Assembly (NCBI GenBank): GCA_902563505.1
Contig: CACEXK010000002.1
Coordinates: 70,884 to 134,883 of the forward strand
Direction of reading: 5' to 3'
Length of the DNA: 64,000 nt
Source: an uncultured Alphaproteobacteria bacterium
GTDB taxonomy: Bacteria; Pseudomonadota; Alphaproteobacteria; Methylaequorales; Methylaequoraceae
Position 1 is the first letter of the stretch. Each line of letters starts with the position of its first letter. The notes beneath the pieces are model-generated. The model was not told the origin of the DNA. It made no database searches and saw only the letters and a list, made by a program, of their open reading frames with translations. The translations under genes and the position numbers were made by a program. Shown here piece after piece: positions 29,971 through 41,374 of the stretch.

Positions 29971-31386
29971 TCATCTTTCCAGTGGAACTAAATCAAATAG
30001 ATGTTGATTCATCAAAAGGTGAGCAATAATACTTGCAGCATATCCCAATAAGATTGCCCAAGACCATTTAAGGTGTGCAAAAAAGGTATAAACACCTCTT
30101 GCTTGACCCATTAATGCAACACCTGCCGCCGACCCAATGGATAGCAAAGATCCACCAACTCCAGCTGTAAGTGTAATAAGTAACCATTGACCCATATCCA
30201 TTGCAGGGTGAGCAGTTAATACTGCATAGACAATTGGAATATTGTCTATTATGGCTGAAAGAATTCCGACTAAAATATTAGCATATGTAGCTCCCAGGTT
30301 TACATACATATCATCGGATATTAATTTGAGGTAACCTAAAGATGCTAGTCCCCCAACAGCAAATAAAATACCATAGAAAAATAATAGAGTGTCCCATTCG
30401 GCTCTGCCCGTAATTACAAAAATATCAAATTTGTTTTTTTCAGGGTTCTTAGTTTTTAAGAAATAACCATAAGTTCCAAGCATTCCAAGACCAAACATCA
30501 TTCCTAATATTGGTGGCATGTGAAGAACATTGTGCCCCGTAACTGTTAATGTGATTGTTAAAATTCCGAGGAAAGCAATCATTTTTCCACCTGGAAGAAT
30601 TGTGACCTTTTTACCATCACCTTTCGGAATTTCATTGGGAATGGCAAAGTACATTATAGTAGCTGGGACTACATAATTTATCACAGAAGGAACAAAAATA
30701 TTAAAGAAGTCAAAAAATGATACGAAACCACGTTGCCAAACCATTAGAGTGGTAATGTCACCAAATGGAGAAAAAGCACCACCGGCATTAGCAGCAACAA
30801 CGATGTTTATTAAACCTGGTACAATGAATTTTTTGTTTCCCCTACCTGCAACCATTACAACAGTACCAAGAATTAATGCAGTGGTTAAATTATCAGCGAT
30901 AGGTGAAAGAAAAAAAGCTATAATGCCAGAAATTATGAAAATCTTCCTGTAACTGAAGTTATTATTTGATAACCATGCGCACAAGGCATCAAACATTCTT
31001 CTTTCTGTTAAGGAATTAACATATGCCATAGCAACAAAAAGAAAGAAAAATAATTCTGCAAATTCTATAACAACATGCCTAAATTGTTGCTGAGCCCATG
31101 TAGATGAAAGATTAGGATCTTTTGACGCAGCATAGGCGATTACCACCCAAATAATAGTTGCGGCTAAGATTACTGGTTTTGATTTTCTGTAATGGGTATA
31201 TTCCTCAGACATGACGAATGCATAGGCTAATACAAAAATTAGCAAACAAAAAATACCAATAGGACTAGAAATCATGTCAAGAGTAGTTGAAGCAGAACCT
31301 TCGGCAGCGAAGGCAAAAACAGGTAAAATAAAGAAAAAGCTTAGTATTGAAAAAAAGTTAATATTTAATTTAGTTTTTAAAAACAT
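29971..31386 (-). CDS. nhaD: Na+/H+ antiporter, NhaD/ArsB-superfamily permease
   Basis: Polytopic, at least 12 TM helices, about 470 aa, NhaD-like layout from memory. I prefer the ATG at 31386 (MFLKTKLNINFF..) over the ORF-track start at 31452. Confidence 0.7.
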   Translation of the reverse strand: MFLKTKLNINFFSILSFFFILPVFAFAAEGSASTTLDMISSPIGIFCLLIFVLAYAFVMSEEYTHYRKSKPVILAATIIWVVIAYAASKDPNLSSTWAQQQFRHVVIEFAELFFFLFVAMAYVNSLTERRMFDALCAWLSNNNFSYRKIFIISGIIAFFLSPIADNLTTALILGTVVMVAGRGNKKFIVPGLINIVVAANAGGAFSPFGDITTLMVWQRGFVSFFDFFNIFVPSVINYVVPATIMYFAIPNEIPKGDGKKVTILPGGKMIAFLGILTITLTVTGHNVLHMPPILGMMFGLGMLGTYGYFLKTKNPEKNKFDIFVITGRAEWDTLLFFYGILFAVGGLASLGYLKLISDDMYVNLGATYANILVGILSAIIDNIPIVYAVLTAHPAMDMGQWLLITLTAGVGGSLLSIGSAAGVALMGQARGVYTFFAHLKWSWAILLGYAASIIAHLLMNQHLFDLVPLER

Positions 31387-31470
31387 TATAATACTCCTAC
31401 TACTTAATTGACTAAAGATGTAAAATATATATTTGTTAATATCTAAACACAATCAAAAAAAATAAGTAAG

Positions 31471-32805
31471 ATGAAAAAAAATATTATAAAAATATTATTT
31501 AGTGAAAAAGAGATTAAAAAAAAAGTTAAAAATTTTTCACAAATTTCATTTCCATCAAACTTTATTTTTAAAGAAAATGAAGTTATTTATGTTTGCTTAA
31601 ATCAGATATCTGATTTGAATAAACTCCAGAAAAATTTTTTTTTATTTCAAATTGGTATAAAACTTCAAAATTTTTGCAGAAAAGGAACCTATATAATTAA
31701 ATATTTTGGTGATAAAAGCTTAAATGAAGTTAATTTCTGCCTTGGATGGGAAGTTGGTAAGTATAGTTTTGATAAATATAAAACAACAGAAAGAAATAAT
31801 AATGTTGCTACTTTAATCAGCCCATTTAAAGGCCAGATAAAAAAAGAAAAAGAAGTTTTTTTCTTTGTTAGAGACTTGATAAATACTCCTGCTAATTTTC
31901 TGGGACCCAATAAAATATATGAGATGGGAAGAGTTTTTTTAAAAAAGAGTTTTTCATCAAAAAAAATTTCTGGTTCAGAACTAAAAAAAAAATTTCCTCT
32001 AATCCATGCTGTAGGTAAAGCTGCTTCAAAAGAAAAAATGCCAATTCTTTGTGAGTTAAAGTCAAAGAATACAAAATCAAAAAAAAAAATCGTAATAATT
32101 GGTAAAGGAGTTACATTTGATACTGGTGGCTTAAATCTTAAAACTGGATCTGGTATGGCATTGATGAAAAAAGATATGGGAGGAGCTGCAAATTGTATTG
32201 GCTTGGCTAATTTAATACAAACATCAAAGATTGATGTTAATATTACTTTGTTACTTCCTTTGGTAGAAAATTCTGTATCTAGAGATTCATTTAGGCCTTC
32301 GGATATTTTCAAAAGTAGAGATGGTCGTTTTGTTGAAATAGGTGATACCGATGCTGAAGGTCGGTTAATATTGGCTGATGCGATAAGTTACGCATGTGAA
32401 TCGAAACCTGATATGATTATTGATATGGCGACATTAACTGGTGCGTCAAGAGTTGCTCTTGGAATCGAAGTGCCTAGTTTCTTTTGTAATAATGATCAAT
32501 TATCCATGGAATTAATAGAAGCTTCCCAAGAAACCGGTGACCCAATTTGGCAACTACCCCTTTGGGAAAATTATCTAGATCAATTAAACTCAAATCATGC
32601 TGATGTAAAAAACATAGGGAACAGTATATTTGGAGGAGCCATAACAGCTGCTTTATTTCTTAAAGAATTTGTAAAAAATCAAATTCCTTGGGTCCATGTT
32701 GATTTGATGGCATGGTCAAAGCCCAACAAGTTTTCATCGTACGAAGGAGGTGAAGCAATGGGTATAAGGGCACTAAAGAAATTAATTGAGAAGAAGTTCG
32801 CTTAG
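31471..32805 (+). CDS. M17 leucyl aminopeptidase family protein
   Basis: GKGVTFDTGGLNLK, MKKDMGGAA, GDTDAEGRLILAD and DMATLTGA metal and catalytic motifs. The N-terminal domain is divergent. Confidence 0.85.
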   Translation: MKKNIIKILFSEKEIKKKVKNFSQISFPSNFIFKENEVIYVCLNQISDLNKLQKNFFLFQIGIKLQNFCRKGTYIIKYFGDKSLNEVNFCLGWEVGKYSFDKYKTTERNNNVATLISPFKGQIKKEKEVFFFVRDLINTPANFLGPNKIYEMGRVFLKKSFSSKKISGSELKKKFPLIHAVGKAASKEKMPILCELKSKNTKSKKKIVIIGKGVTFDTGGLNLKTGSGMALMKKDMGGAANCIGLANLIQTSKIDVNITLLLPLVENSVSRDSFRPSDIFKSRDGRFVEIGDTDAEGRLILADAISYACESKPDMIIDMATLTGASRVALGIEVPSFFCNNDQLSMELIEASQETGDPIWQLPLWENYLDQLNSNHADVKNIGNSIFGGAITAALFLKEFVKNQIPWVHVDLMAWSKPNKFSSYEGGEAMGIRALKKLIEKKFA

Positions 32806-34385
32806 AAAAAAGCGGATTTTAATAAATTTTTTGTGTAAGAGTTTTTTGGATTTTTAAATAAATTTTTTTTAGTGTTAAATTCTACAACCGCACCGTCTTT
32901 CATTACCATTATTTTATCTGATATGGCTTTAATAATCTTTAAGTCGTGGCTTATAAATATATAGGTTAAGTCATGTTTTTCTTGCAACCCCAAAAGTAAA
33001 TCCACAATTTGTGCTTGAACAGTCATATCTAGAGCACTAGTTGGTTCGTCAAGAATGATTAATTCTGGATTAAGTATTAATGCTCGAGCAATTGCAATTC
33101 TTTGTCTTTGTCCCCCAGAAAATTCATGTGGGTATCTTGTGAGCATAGTTTTGTCTAAACCTACATCAATAATTATTTTCTCGGTAAGAATATTGATTTC
33201 TTTTAATGAAAGACTTTTCTGGTGGATGAACAACCCTTCACTTATTATATCCTGCACAGTCAACCTGGGACTTAGGGAAGCAAAAGGATCTTGAAAGATT
33301 ATTTGTATATTTTTTCTAAATGGCCTAAACATATTTTGATTTAGATGGGAGATTTTTTTATTTTTGAAAAAGACATTTCCTCTTGATTGAATTAATTTTA
33401 GTAAAGCCTGAGCCAAAGAACTTTTGCCTGAACCACTTTCTCCAACAATCCCCAAAGTTTCACCTTTTTTTAATTCGAAATTTACATTTTTTACAGCATG
33501 AAAATCATTTTTCTTTCCTTTGAAAAAGAAACTATTTGAACCTTGATAAAATACATCTAATTTCTCCACAGAGAGTATTTTTTCTGTAATACTCGTCAGA
33601 TTTTGTTTTTCTTTTGGTTTAGATTTAATTAATTTTTTTGTGTATGGATGTTGTGGTTTTGAAAAAATATTTTTCGTCGAATTTTTTTCAACAATTTCAC
33701 CCTTTTCCATAACGCAAACCCTGTCAGAAATTTCTTTAACTATTCCTAGGTCGTGGGTTATGAGTAGCAATGACATTTGGAATTTTTTTCTTAGTTGATC
33801 GAGCAAATTCAGTATTTGTTTCTGAATCGTTACATCGAGAGCGGTAGTTGGTTCGTCTGCAATAAGAAGATCAGGGTTATTTGCAATTGCCATGGCAATC
33901 ATGATTCTTTGCCTTTGTCCTCCAGAAAGTTGATGGGGATATTGTTTTAATTTTTGTTGTGGTTGATCGATCCCCACTTCTTTTAATAAATCGATACATT
34001 TTTTATCTTTTGATTCATAATTTTCCGTGAGACATTCTTTAATTTGCTTTTCTATTGTGTGAAGTGGATTTAACGAGGTCATTGGTTCTTGAAATATCAT
34101 AGAGATTTTTTTTCCTCTTATACTTCTAAGAAAACTCTCATCTTGATTTAACAAATTTTTTTGCTCATATGTGATTTGTCCATTTATTGATAATTGTGCA
34201 TTAGATTTTATAAGTTGCATTATTGAAAGGGCTGTGACAGATTTTCCTGAGCCACTTTCTCCAACAATTGCAAGACACTCAGATTCAAAAATATCAAAAT
34301 TACTATCTTTTACTGCCTCAACCTTCTGGTTATTGAATTCAAATTTAATACTTAAATTTTCAATTTTTAGTATCGTCTTTCTCAT
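32802..34385 (-). CDS. yejF: ABC transporter ATP-binding protein, duplicated ATPase (YejF-like)
   Basis: Two Walker A sites (GESGSGKS twice), two LSGGQRQR signatures, 527 aa. Confidence 0.85.
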   Translation of the reverse strand: MRKTILKIENLSIKFEFNNQKVEAVKDSNFDIFESECLAIVGESGSGKSVTALSIMQLIKSNAQLSINGQITYEQKNLLNQDESFLRSIRGKKISMIFQEPMTSLNPLHTIEKQIKECLTENYESKDKKCIDLLKEVGIDQPQQKLKQYPHQLSGGQRQRIMIAMAIANNPDLLIADEPTTALDVTIQKQILNLLDQLRKKFQMSLLLITHDLGIVKEISDRVCVMEKGEIVEKNSTKNIFSKPQHPYTKKLIKSKPKEKQNLTSITEKILSVEKLDVFYQGSNSFFFKGKKNDFHAVKNVNFELKKGETLGIVGESGSGKSSLAQALLKLIQSRGNVFFKNKKISHLNQNMFRPFRKNIQIIFQDPFASLSPRLTVQDIISEGLFIHQKSLSLKEINILTEKIIIDVGLDKTMLTRYPHEFSGGQRQRIAIARALILNPELIILDEPTSALDMTVQAQIVDLLLGLQEKHDLTYIFISHDLKIIKAISDKIMVMKDGAVVEFNTKKNLFKNPKNSYTKNLLKSAFF

Positions 34386-34387
34386 TA

Positions 34388-36517
34388 TTAAATTACCTTC
34401 CTTGGATCAAAAGCGTCTCTGACTGCTTCTCCTATAAATACGAGTAGGCTTAATTGCAGTGATAAAGTAATAAATGCTGATAGTCCAAGCCATGGTGCTT
34501 GGAGGTTAGATTTTCCCTGAGCTACCATTTCTCCAAGCGAAGGCGAGCCAGGAGGCAACCCAAAGCCAAGAAAGTCTAGTGAAGTTAAGGTGGCGATTGA
34601 ACCTGACAAAATGAATGGCATCAATGTTAATGTAGCAACCATGGCATTGGGTAAAACATGTCTTAACATTATTCGTGGATTGCTTAATCCTAAAGCTTTG
34701 GCTGCTTTTACATATTCAAAGTTTCTTGCCCTCAGAAATTCTGCTCTCACAACGCCCTCAAGAGACATCCAACTAAATAACAACATTATGAAAAGCAATA
34801 TCCAGAAGCTTGGCTCAACAAAACTTGAAATTATAATTAATAAATACAAGACAGGTAAACCAGACCAAATTTCAATAAATCTTTGACCAAACAAATCAAT
34901 CTTTCCACCATAATATCCCTGTATTCCTCCTGCCACAATTCCAATGACGCTTGAAAGTACCGTTAGAATTAAACCAAAAAAGACTGAAATTCTGAAACCA
35001 TATATCAGTCTGGCCAAAACATCTCTTCCTTGATCGTCAGTTCCTAATAAGTTGTCTAAAGTTGGGGGTGAGGGGGATGGAACTTTCAGATCATAGTTGA
35101 TTGTATCATAAGAATATTCTATGAAAGGCATTATATAAAAACCTTCAGTTTTTATTAAATCTTTAACAAAAGGGTCCTTATAATCAGCTTCAGTTTCAAA
35201 TTCTCCTCCAAAATATGTCTCGGGTATTTTTTCGAAAACTGGCAAGTGCAAATTTCCCTTAAAAACTAAAAATATAGGTTTGTCATTTGCCACAAATTCT
35301 GCAAAAATTGAAAGAAAAAAAAGAATACAAAATATTTGAGTTGAAATAAGTCCTCTTTTATTAGCCATAAAGTTTTTTAGTCGTCTTTGTGTTAATGGTG
35401 AAAAATTCATTGCCCCCCCCCTACTTTCAAAATCTATTCTTGGGTCGATCAAAACATAAGTTAAATCGCTAATAAGTCTGAGTAATAAACCAATTAAAGT
35501 GAAGATATAAAGACTTCCAAATACAACAGGGTAATCCCTTCCAAGAGCAGCCTCAAAACCTAAAAGACCAAGTCCGTCCAGTGAGAAAATTACCTCAATT
35601 AATAAAGAGGAAGTGAACAATATATTAATGAATGCGGCAGGAAATCCTGAAATAACAATTAACATTGCATTTCTAAAAATATGACCGTATAAAATTTTTT
35701 TTTCACTCACACCTTTTGCTCTTGCGGTAATAACATATTGCTTGTTTATCTCGTCTAGGAAAGAGTTTTTTGTTAACATTGTTAAACTGGCAAACCCGCC
35801 TATCACCATTGCAAGAACAGGCAGGGTAAGATGCCAAAAGTAATCAAGTATTTTTTCAACAAAGCTGAGTTGATCCCAATCATCAGAAACGAGTCCCCTT
35901 AGAGGAAATATATCCAGATAACTCCCGCCAGCAAAAATTACAATTAAGAAAATAGCAAATAAAAACCCTGGAATAGCATAACCAACAATAATAATAGACG
36001 AAGAATAAATATCAAATTTTGAACCATCTTGAACTGCTTTTCTGATACCTAGTGGTATTGAAATTAAATATATAAACAGAGTTGTCCATAATCCCAAGGA
36101 AATTGAAACAGGTAATTTTTCGATAATTAAATCTATTACAGTTTTATCTTTATAAAAACTTTCACCAAAATCAAAAACTAAATAGTTTTTCAACATCTCA
36201 AAAAACCTTTCGATAGGTGGCTTATCAAACCCATATTGTTTCTCAAGTTCTTTAATTAGATCAGGGTCAATCCCTTGAGACCCTCTATATTTACTTTCTG
36301 TGAAATTCAATTTAGTCTGACTTTGTGCGGATTGAGATTGCTCTCCTCCCGAGGTTGTAAACTTTTCAGTGACAGAAACTTCAGTGCCTTTAATCTGTGC
36401 AATTGCTTTTTCAACAGGGCCACCAGGTGCTGCTTGAATAATTAAAAAATTAACTGCAAGGATACCAAAAAGTGTTGGGATAATTAGAAATAAACGTTTT
36501 ACAATATAATTTAGCAT
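34388..36517 (-). CDS. yejBE: fused ABC peptide-transporter permease (YejB-like residues 1-365 + YejE-like residues 370-709)
   Basis: The N-terminal half ends ..[11 protein letters not shown], a typical YejB end. The second half starts [20 protein letters not shown], a typical YejE start. Each half carries an EAA-type loop. From memory, the E. coli proteins are separate (about 364 and about 341 aa). Confidence 0.85.
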   Translation of the reverse strand: MLNYIVKRLFLIIPTLFGILAVNFLIIQAAPGGPVEKAIAQIKGTEVSVTEKFTTSGGEQSQSAQSQTKLNFTESKYRGSQGIDPDLIKELEKQYGFDKPPIERFFEMLKNYLVFDFGESFYKDKTVIDLIIEKLPVSISLGLWTTLFIYLISIPLGIRKAVQDGSKFDIYSSSIIIVGYAIPGFLFAIFLIVIFAGGSYLDIFPLRGLVSDDWDQLSFVEKILDYFWHLTLPVLAMVIGGFASLTMLTKNSFLDEINKQYVITARAKGVSEKKILYGHIFRNAMLIVISGFPAAFINILFTSSLLIEVIFSLDGLGLLGFEAALGRDYPVVFGSLYIFTLIGLLLRLISDLTYVLIDPRIDFESRGGAMNFSPLTQRRLKNFMANKRGLISTQIFCILFFLSIFAEFVANDKPIFLVFKGNLHLPVFEKIPETYFGGEFETEADYKDPFVKDLIKTEGFYIMPFIEYSYDTINYDLKVPSPSPPTLDNLLGTDDQGRDVLARLIYGFRISVFFGLILTVLSSVIGIVAGGIQGYYGGKIDLFGQRFIEIWSGLPVLYLLIIISSFVEPSFWILLFIMLLFSWMSLEGVVRAEFLRARNFEYVKAAKALGLSNPRIMLRHVLPNAMVATLTLMPFILSGSIATLTSLDFLGFGLPPGSPSLGEMVAQGKSNLQAPWLGLSAFITLSLQLSLLVFIGEAVRDAFDPRKVI
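35413..35421 (-). repeat. G9 homopolymer (C9 on + strand) exactly at the yejB/yejE junction
   Basis: Read directly as gat ttt gaa agt agg ggg ggg gca ATG aat. Consistent with the track protein ..[11 protein letters not shown].. Confidence 0.9.
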
Positions 36518-36519
36518 TT

Positions 36520-38439
36520 TTAATTTTTTCTTCTAATTCTCCAGATTATTATTAGTAGACTTGTAGTCAAAAATAAAAGAATGAAATTTCCACTATCTTT
36601 TTCCTTGTGAATGGGTTCATTTTCAATTTCACCAATCAATTTAGCTTTTTCTGGGTCATACCACCAAAAATCAAACCCTAGATCATACTTTGGAGAAATT
36701 TCAGGTCTTGATAATTTATTCCAATAAGCAACCCTGTAGTGACCAATATGAAATTGAGGAATTAGGTAGTAATTAAATAATAAAATTCGATCTAGTATTC
36801 TTGTGTGTGTAATTAACTCATCTCTTGTTTTAGAACTTATAAGTTTTTCAATTATTTCGTCAATCACAGGATTTTTAACTCCAATTATATTTGGACTTCC
36901 AGGTAGATCAGCAGTTTTAGAACTCCAGTAATTTTTTTGCTCATTTCCCGGTGAAATTATTGAACCATAATTTGTAACAACCATATCAAAATCAAAATTT
37001 TCTAGACGTCTTATATACTGAGAATCATCCTGAACAGTTCTAATTGAAACATTAATTCCTAATTTTTTTAAATTTCTTTTCATTGGAAGTACTATTCTTT
37101 CAAAAAGAGGAGAACGAAGCAAAATTTCAAATTCAAGAACTTCGTTGGTTTTACTATTTGTTAGTATATCATTCTTGATTACCCAACCTTCGTTCTTTAA
37201 AATTCTTCTAGCTATCCTGAGATTTTTTCTCAATCCATTTTCTTGATTTTCTGTATTAGGAGGGGAAAACACTGTATCAAAAACTTCATCTGGAACTTTT
37301 CCTCTATAATTCTCCAATATTTTTAATTCTTTTTTATTTGGGAGACTTTGTGATGAAAGTTCAGAGTTATCAAAAAAACTTTTTGTTCTGGTGTAGGCAC
37401 CATAAAATAAGTTACGATTTGACCATTCAAAATCAAATGCATAGGAAAGTGCTTTTCTTACATTCCTATTTTTAAAAATATTTTTTCTAATATTGAAAGC
37501 AAACCCTTGCATTCCACTTGGTCTAAAATATTTAATTTCTTCAACTAATACTTGTCCTTTCTCAACAGATTTGAAATCATATGCAGTGGCCCAATTTTTT
37601 GAGGAGTTTTCTAATTTAAAATCATACGAACCTGATTTAAACGCCTCAAGAGCAACTGTTTCATCTCGATAAAAATCAGTATGAATAGTTTCAAAATTGA
37701 AGCGACCAGAGTTAACATTTAAGTCCTTACCCCAATAATTAGGGTTCTTTTTTAAAGTAATACTTCTACCAGGTTTTACATCTGAAACAAGGTAAGGACC
37801 ACTCCCAAGCGGAGGATCTAGAGTTGTTTTATCAAATTCTTTATTTTCCCAGTATTTTTTTGAAAAAATTGGTAATTGATAACCTATTATAAGTGGAAGT
37901 TCTGGGTTAGGCTCACCCTTAAAAGAAAATTTTACCTCATTCTTACTAATTTTCTCTACAGTATCAACTTGGCCATAGTAAGTTTTATAAATAGGATGAC
38001 CTTTTTCCATCAAAATATTAAAGGAAAAAACAACATCCTCAGGGGTTATAGATGAACCATCGGAAAATTTTGCTTCATTTCTTAACTTAAATGTAACCCA
38101 AGATCTATCATCAGGAATTTTGACTCCCTCAGCTATCAACCCATATTGACTAAAAGGTTCGTCAAATGATGATCTCATCAAAGTTTCAAATAAATAAGCA
38201 GCTTTCCATGTGGCAACTCCTTTGAGAATGTAGGGATTCAAATTATCAAATGTTCCAATGGATGATAATTTTATTTCGCCACCCTTGTGAGCCAACTCAT
38301 CAGCATAATCAAATTTCTCAAAGTTTTTTGGATATTTAAGATCACCATGCATGGCTACCCCATGCCTATAATAAAAATCATTAGCAAAAATTGAATTTAG
38401 TCCCAAAAAAAAGTATGTAAAAATTATAACAAAAAACAA
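36520..38439 (-). CDS. yejA: ABC transporter substrate-binding protein, family 5 (YejA-like) with C-terminal TM extension
   Basis: Signal peptide and an SBP_bac_5-type body. The extra C-terminal tail is ..[26 protein letters not shown]. Confidence 0.85.
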   Translation of the reverse strand: MFFVIIFTYFFLGLNSIFANDFYYRHGVAMHGDLKYPKNFEKFDYADELAHKGGEIKLSSIGTFDNLNPYILKGVATWKAAYLFETLMRSSFDEPFSQYGLIAEGVKIPDDRSWVTFKLRNEAKFSDGSSITPEDVVFSFNILMEKGHPIYKTYYGQVDTVEKISKNEVKFSFKGEPNPELPLIIGYQLPIFSKKYWENKEFDKTTLDPPLGSGPYLVSDVKPGRSITLKKNPNYWGKDLNVNSGRFNFETIHTDFYRDETVALEAFKSGSYDFKLENSSKNWATAYDFKSVEKGQVLVEEIKYFRPSGMQGFAFNIRKNIFKNRNVRKALSYAFDFEWSNRNLFYGAYTRTKSFFDNSELSSQSLPNKKELKILENYRGKVPDEVFDTVFSPPNTENQENGLRKNLRIARRILKNEGWVIKNDILTNSKTNEVLEFEILLRSPLFERIVLPMKRNLKKLGINVSIRTVQDDSQYIRRLENFDFDMVVTNYGSIISPGNEQKNYWSSKTADLPGSPNIIGVKNPVIDEIIEKLISSKTRDELITHTRILDRILLFNYYLIPQFHIGHYRVAYWNKLSRPEISPKYDLGFDFWWYDPEKAKLIGEIENEPIHKEKDSGNFILLFLTTSLLIIIWRIRRKN

Positions 38440-38457
38440 TTTTGTTGATCCTTATAT

Positions 38458-39243
38458 TTAGATGATTTCTTTTAAAAAACTTAATATTTTTTTATGGTGA
38501 TTTCTTTCATAAGATGCAACAACTTTTCCCTCAGAATGTATATTTAATTTTTTACCATTCCAATCAGTTATAGAAGTTCCTAATTCATCAAATAATGCAA
38601 CTTGTGCCATGTAATCCCACGGCTTCATATTAGCTTCAATAATTAAATCAATTTTGCCAGACAAAAGTAAGCCATATGAATAACAATCTGTTCCAAAAAT
38701 TGGAAATCTGAATTTTTTATAAATTTTCTTTATTTTACTCATATGTTTTTCATCAAACATTAAAGGAGATGTTGAAGACACTATAGATTCATTTAATTTT
38801 TGATTTTTCTTTTTATACTTGCATCTCTTATTATTCATTCTTACTCCCAATCCAATTCCACCGTGCCATCTTTGGTTTAATATTGGCATATCAATAACGC
38901 CGATTATAGGTATTTTATCTTTAGTGCAACAAATTAGAGTTCCAAATAATGGTTTGCCTGATATAAAACTATGAGTTCCATCTAATGGATCAATTATCCA
39001 AACATAATCATTCTCGATTCGATCACTTCCAAATTCCTCTCCAACAATTCCATGATCAGGAAAGACTTTCTTTAATTTTTTTCTGAATAGTAGTTCAATT
39101 TTTTTATCAATATCAGTTACCAATGAGCCATCAATCTTTTGCTCTATTTTAAAATTTTTAAAGTATTTTTTTTTTAAAATCTCTCTACTTTGATTAGCAA
39201 AAGAATTAGCAAAATTTAGTAGTTGAGATTTTTTGAGACTCAT
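38458..39243 (-). CDS. inositol monophosphatase family protein (possible histidinol-phosphatase HisN)
   Basis: WIIDPLDGTHSF and WDYMAQVALFDELG motifs, 261 aa. Confidence 0.8.
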   Translation of the reverse strand: MSLKKSQLLNFANSFANQSREILKKKYFKNFKIEQKIDGSLVTDIDKKIELLFRKKLKKVFPDHGIVGEEFGSDRIENDYVWIIDPLDGTHSFISGKPLFGTLICCTKDKIPIIGVIDMPILNQRWHGGIGLGVRMNNKRCKYKKKNQKLNESIVSSTSPLMFDEKHMSKIKKIYKKFRFPIFGTDCYSYGLLLSGKIDLIIEANMKPWDYMAQVALFDELGTSITDWNGKKLNIHSEGKVVASYERNHHKKILSFLKEII

Positions 39244-39750
39244 TTATTTTAGTGATTCGAGATAGGTAATTAAATCAACTCTATCTGATGTCTTAACAAG
39301 TCCCTTGTAGACCATTTTAGTACCTTTTATATAATCCTTCGGCTTTTCAAGAAAAAAGAACAACTCTTCTTTAGACCAATCTTTTTTAAAGTTATTTAAT
39401 GCTTCTGAGTATTTAAAGTTTTCGATATCAGCTGATTGTCTTCCCACAATTTTCCACAAGGGGGGGCCGATTTTTATTTTTTGATTGTTACTAAAATCAT
39501 GGCAAGCAACACATTGTTTAGCAATCTTTCTACCTTCCTCAAGATTTGCCTCTGAGAATAAAAGTTCTAGATTTAAATCTTTTTTTTCTTCAGAACTTTC
39601 TATTTCTTTTTTTTCTTCACTATTCCCCATATCTTTGATTATTATATAACTATTACTTGAATCATCTTTATATGTAAAAATTTCATCTGCTACCTTAAAA
39701 GATTGAAATAAAATTAGGATTGACATAAGGGATAAAAAATATTTATTCAT
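39244..39750 (-). CDS. membrane-anchored class I cytochrome c
   Basis: N-terminal hydrophobic anchor, heme motif CVACHDF, distal Met context GTKMVYKG. Confidence 0.8.
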   Translation of the reverse strand: MNKYFLSLMSILILFQSFKVADEIFTYKDDSSNSYIIIKDMGNSEEKKEIESSEEKKDLNLELLFSEANLEEGRKIAKQCVACHDFSNNQKIKIGPPLWKIVGRQSADIENFKYSEALNNFKKDWSKEELFFFLEKPKDYIKGTKMVYKGLVKTSDRVDLITYLESLK

Positions 39751-39777
39751 AATTTTATAATATAGAATACTTTCATA

Positions 39778-40524
39778 GTGATCAAAAAAAATAAAAAAAA
39801 CTGGAAGCTGATAATCATTATTCCAGCCAGACTAAAATCTGTTAGATTAAAAAAAAAGTTATTAAGAAATATCAAAAAAGTTCCGATGATTGTCAGAGTT
39901 GCAGATAATGCAACGAAATTAGATCTTGGTGAGGTTTGGGTAGCAACTGATAGCAAACAAATCCAAAATCTTTGTAAAAGTTATGGAATTAATTCATTAA
40001 TGACATCAGAAAAAAATAGAAGTGGTACTGACCGTATTTCAGAGGCATACAAGTTGATAAATAAAAAATTTGATTTAATTGTAAACCTTCAAGGTGATTT
40101 ACCTTTATTTAATAAGGAATTAATTGAAAAAACTATAGATCTTTTTTTAGATCCAGATACAGAAATTGGTTCAGCTGTGTGCAATTTAAAAGATGAAGAA
40201 TTAGATGATAAAAACATTGTTAAGGCGAAGGTATGCCTAGACCGAAATAATCAAGGGTTTGCTGAAGATTTTTTAAGAACAATCAATAGTAAGAAAAATT
40301 GGTTTCATCATATAGGTCTCTATGTTTATAGACCAAAAGTATTAGAAAAGTTTGTAAGACTTGAACAAACAAAAAATGAATTTGACCGGAAGTTAGAACA
40401 GATGCGAGCGATGGATAACTTCATGAAAATTAAACTTGTAAAAGTTGAAGATACTCCTCCAAGTGTTGATACTATGTATGATCTAAAAAAAATTAGATTG
40501 CTTTTTAATTCAAATAACACTTAA
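39778..40524 (+). CDS. kdsB: 3-deoxy-manno-octulosonate cytidylyltransferase
   Basis: IIIIPARLKSVRLKKK, SGTDRISEA and NLQGDLP motifs. Confidence 0.9.
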   Translation: MIKKNKKNWKLIIIIPARLKSVRLKKKLLRNIKKVPMIVRVADNATKLDLGEVWVATDSKQIQNLCKSYGINSLMTSEKNRSGTDRISEAYKLINKKFDLIVNLQGDLPLFNKELIEKTIDLFLDPDTEIGSAVCNLKDEELDDKNIVKAKVCLDRNNQGFAEDFLRTINSKKNWFHHIGLYVYRPKVLEKFVRLEQTKNEFDRKLEQMRAMDNFMKIKLVKVEDTPPSVDTMYDLKKIRLLFNSNNT

Positions 40525-40534
40525 CTTTAATTCA

Positions 40535-41374
40535 ATGAAAAAAAAAATTTCATTTCAGGGACTTCAAGGAGCTTTTTCAGACTTAGTGTGTAGAAAGTTT
40601 TATAAAAGTTACGAAACCCTTCCCTGCAATACATTTGAACAGACGATTGATGCTGTGCAAAAAAATCTAGCTGAAATTGCACTTATACCTGTTGAAAATA
40701 ATATAGCTGGCAGGGTGGCAGACATGCATTTTCTTTTAGAAAAGATTAGTTTAAAAATAGTTGCCGAACATTATCATAAAATTGAGCACCATTTGATGGC
40801 AAAAAAAAATTCTAGTTTGGATGATATAAAAAATGTCTATAGTCATATTCATGCGCTATCACAGTGCAGAAAAAAAATTTTGAAAAATAAATTAAATCCA
40901 GTAAATTTTATTGATACCGCTGGAGCTGCAAAATTTGTTTCAGAAAATGAAGAATCAAATCATGCTGCTATTGCATCTGATCTAGCATCACAGATTTATA
41001 AACTAAAAATTTTAATAAGAAATTTTCAAGATTCTAAAAATAATATTACGCGATTTCTTGTGTTTTCCAAAAAAAGTATGAAAATAAATAAAAAAAAAAA
41101 AGTAATAACATCAATTATATTTAATACAAAAAACTTGCCTGCTTCCCTTTACAAGGCTCTTGGTGGATTTGCTGCAAATGGAATTAACTTAACAAGATTG
41201 GAAAGTTTTTTTGTTAATAAGGACTTTAAGCAATTTTCTTTTTTAATTGATGTAGAATCTCATCCAGAATTAAGTAATTTTAAAAATGCTCTACAGGAGC
41301 TTGATAATTATTCATCTAAAATTAAAATTCTTGGTCATTATGAAGCCTCACCATTCAGAAAAGAAATCAATTGA
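40535..41374 (+). CDS. pheA: prephenate dehydratase
   Basis: ISFQGLQGAFSD N-terminus, NITRFLVF and a C-terminal ACT domain (LTRLES). Confidence 0.9.
   Translation: MKKKISFQGLQGAFSDLVCRKFYKSYETLPCNTFEQTIDAVQKNLAEIALIPVENNIAGRVADMHFLLEKISLKIVAEHYHKIEHHLMAKKNSSLDDIKNVYSHIHALSQCRKKILKNKLNPVNFIDTAGAAKFVSENEESNHAAIASDLASQIYKLKILIRNFQDSKNNITRFLVFSKKSMKINKKKKVITSIIFNTKNLPASLYKALGGFAANGINLTRLESFFVNKDFKQFSFLIDVESHPELSNFKNALQELDNYSSKIKILGHYEASPFRKEIN

Noticed and set aside
39747-39956. A small hydrophobic 69-aa ORF is divergent from cytochrome c and overlaps the kdsB 5' end.
   Set aside because: It lies antisense to the well-conserved kdsB N-terminus (IIIIPARLKSVRL). It is a Phe/Leu-rich shadow frame.
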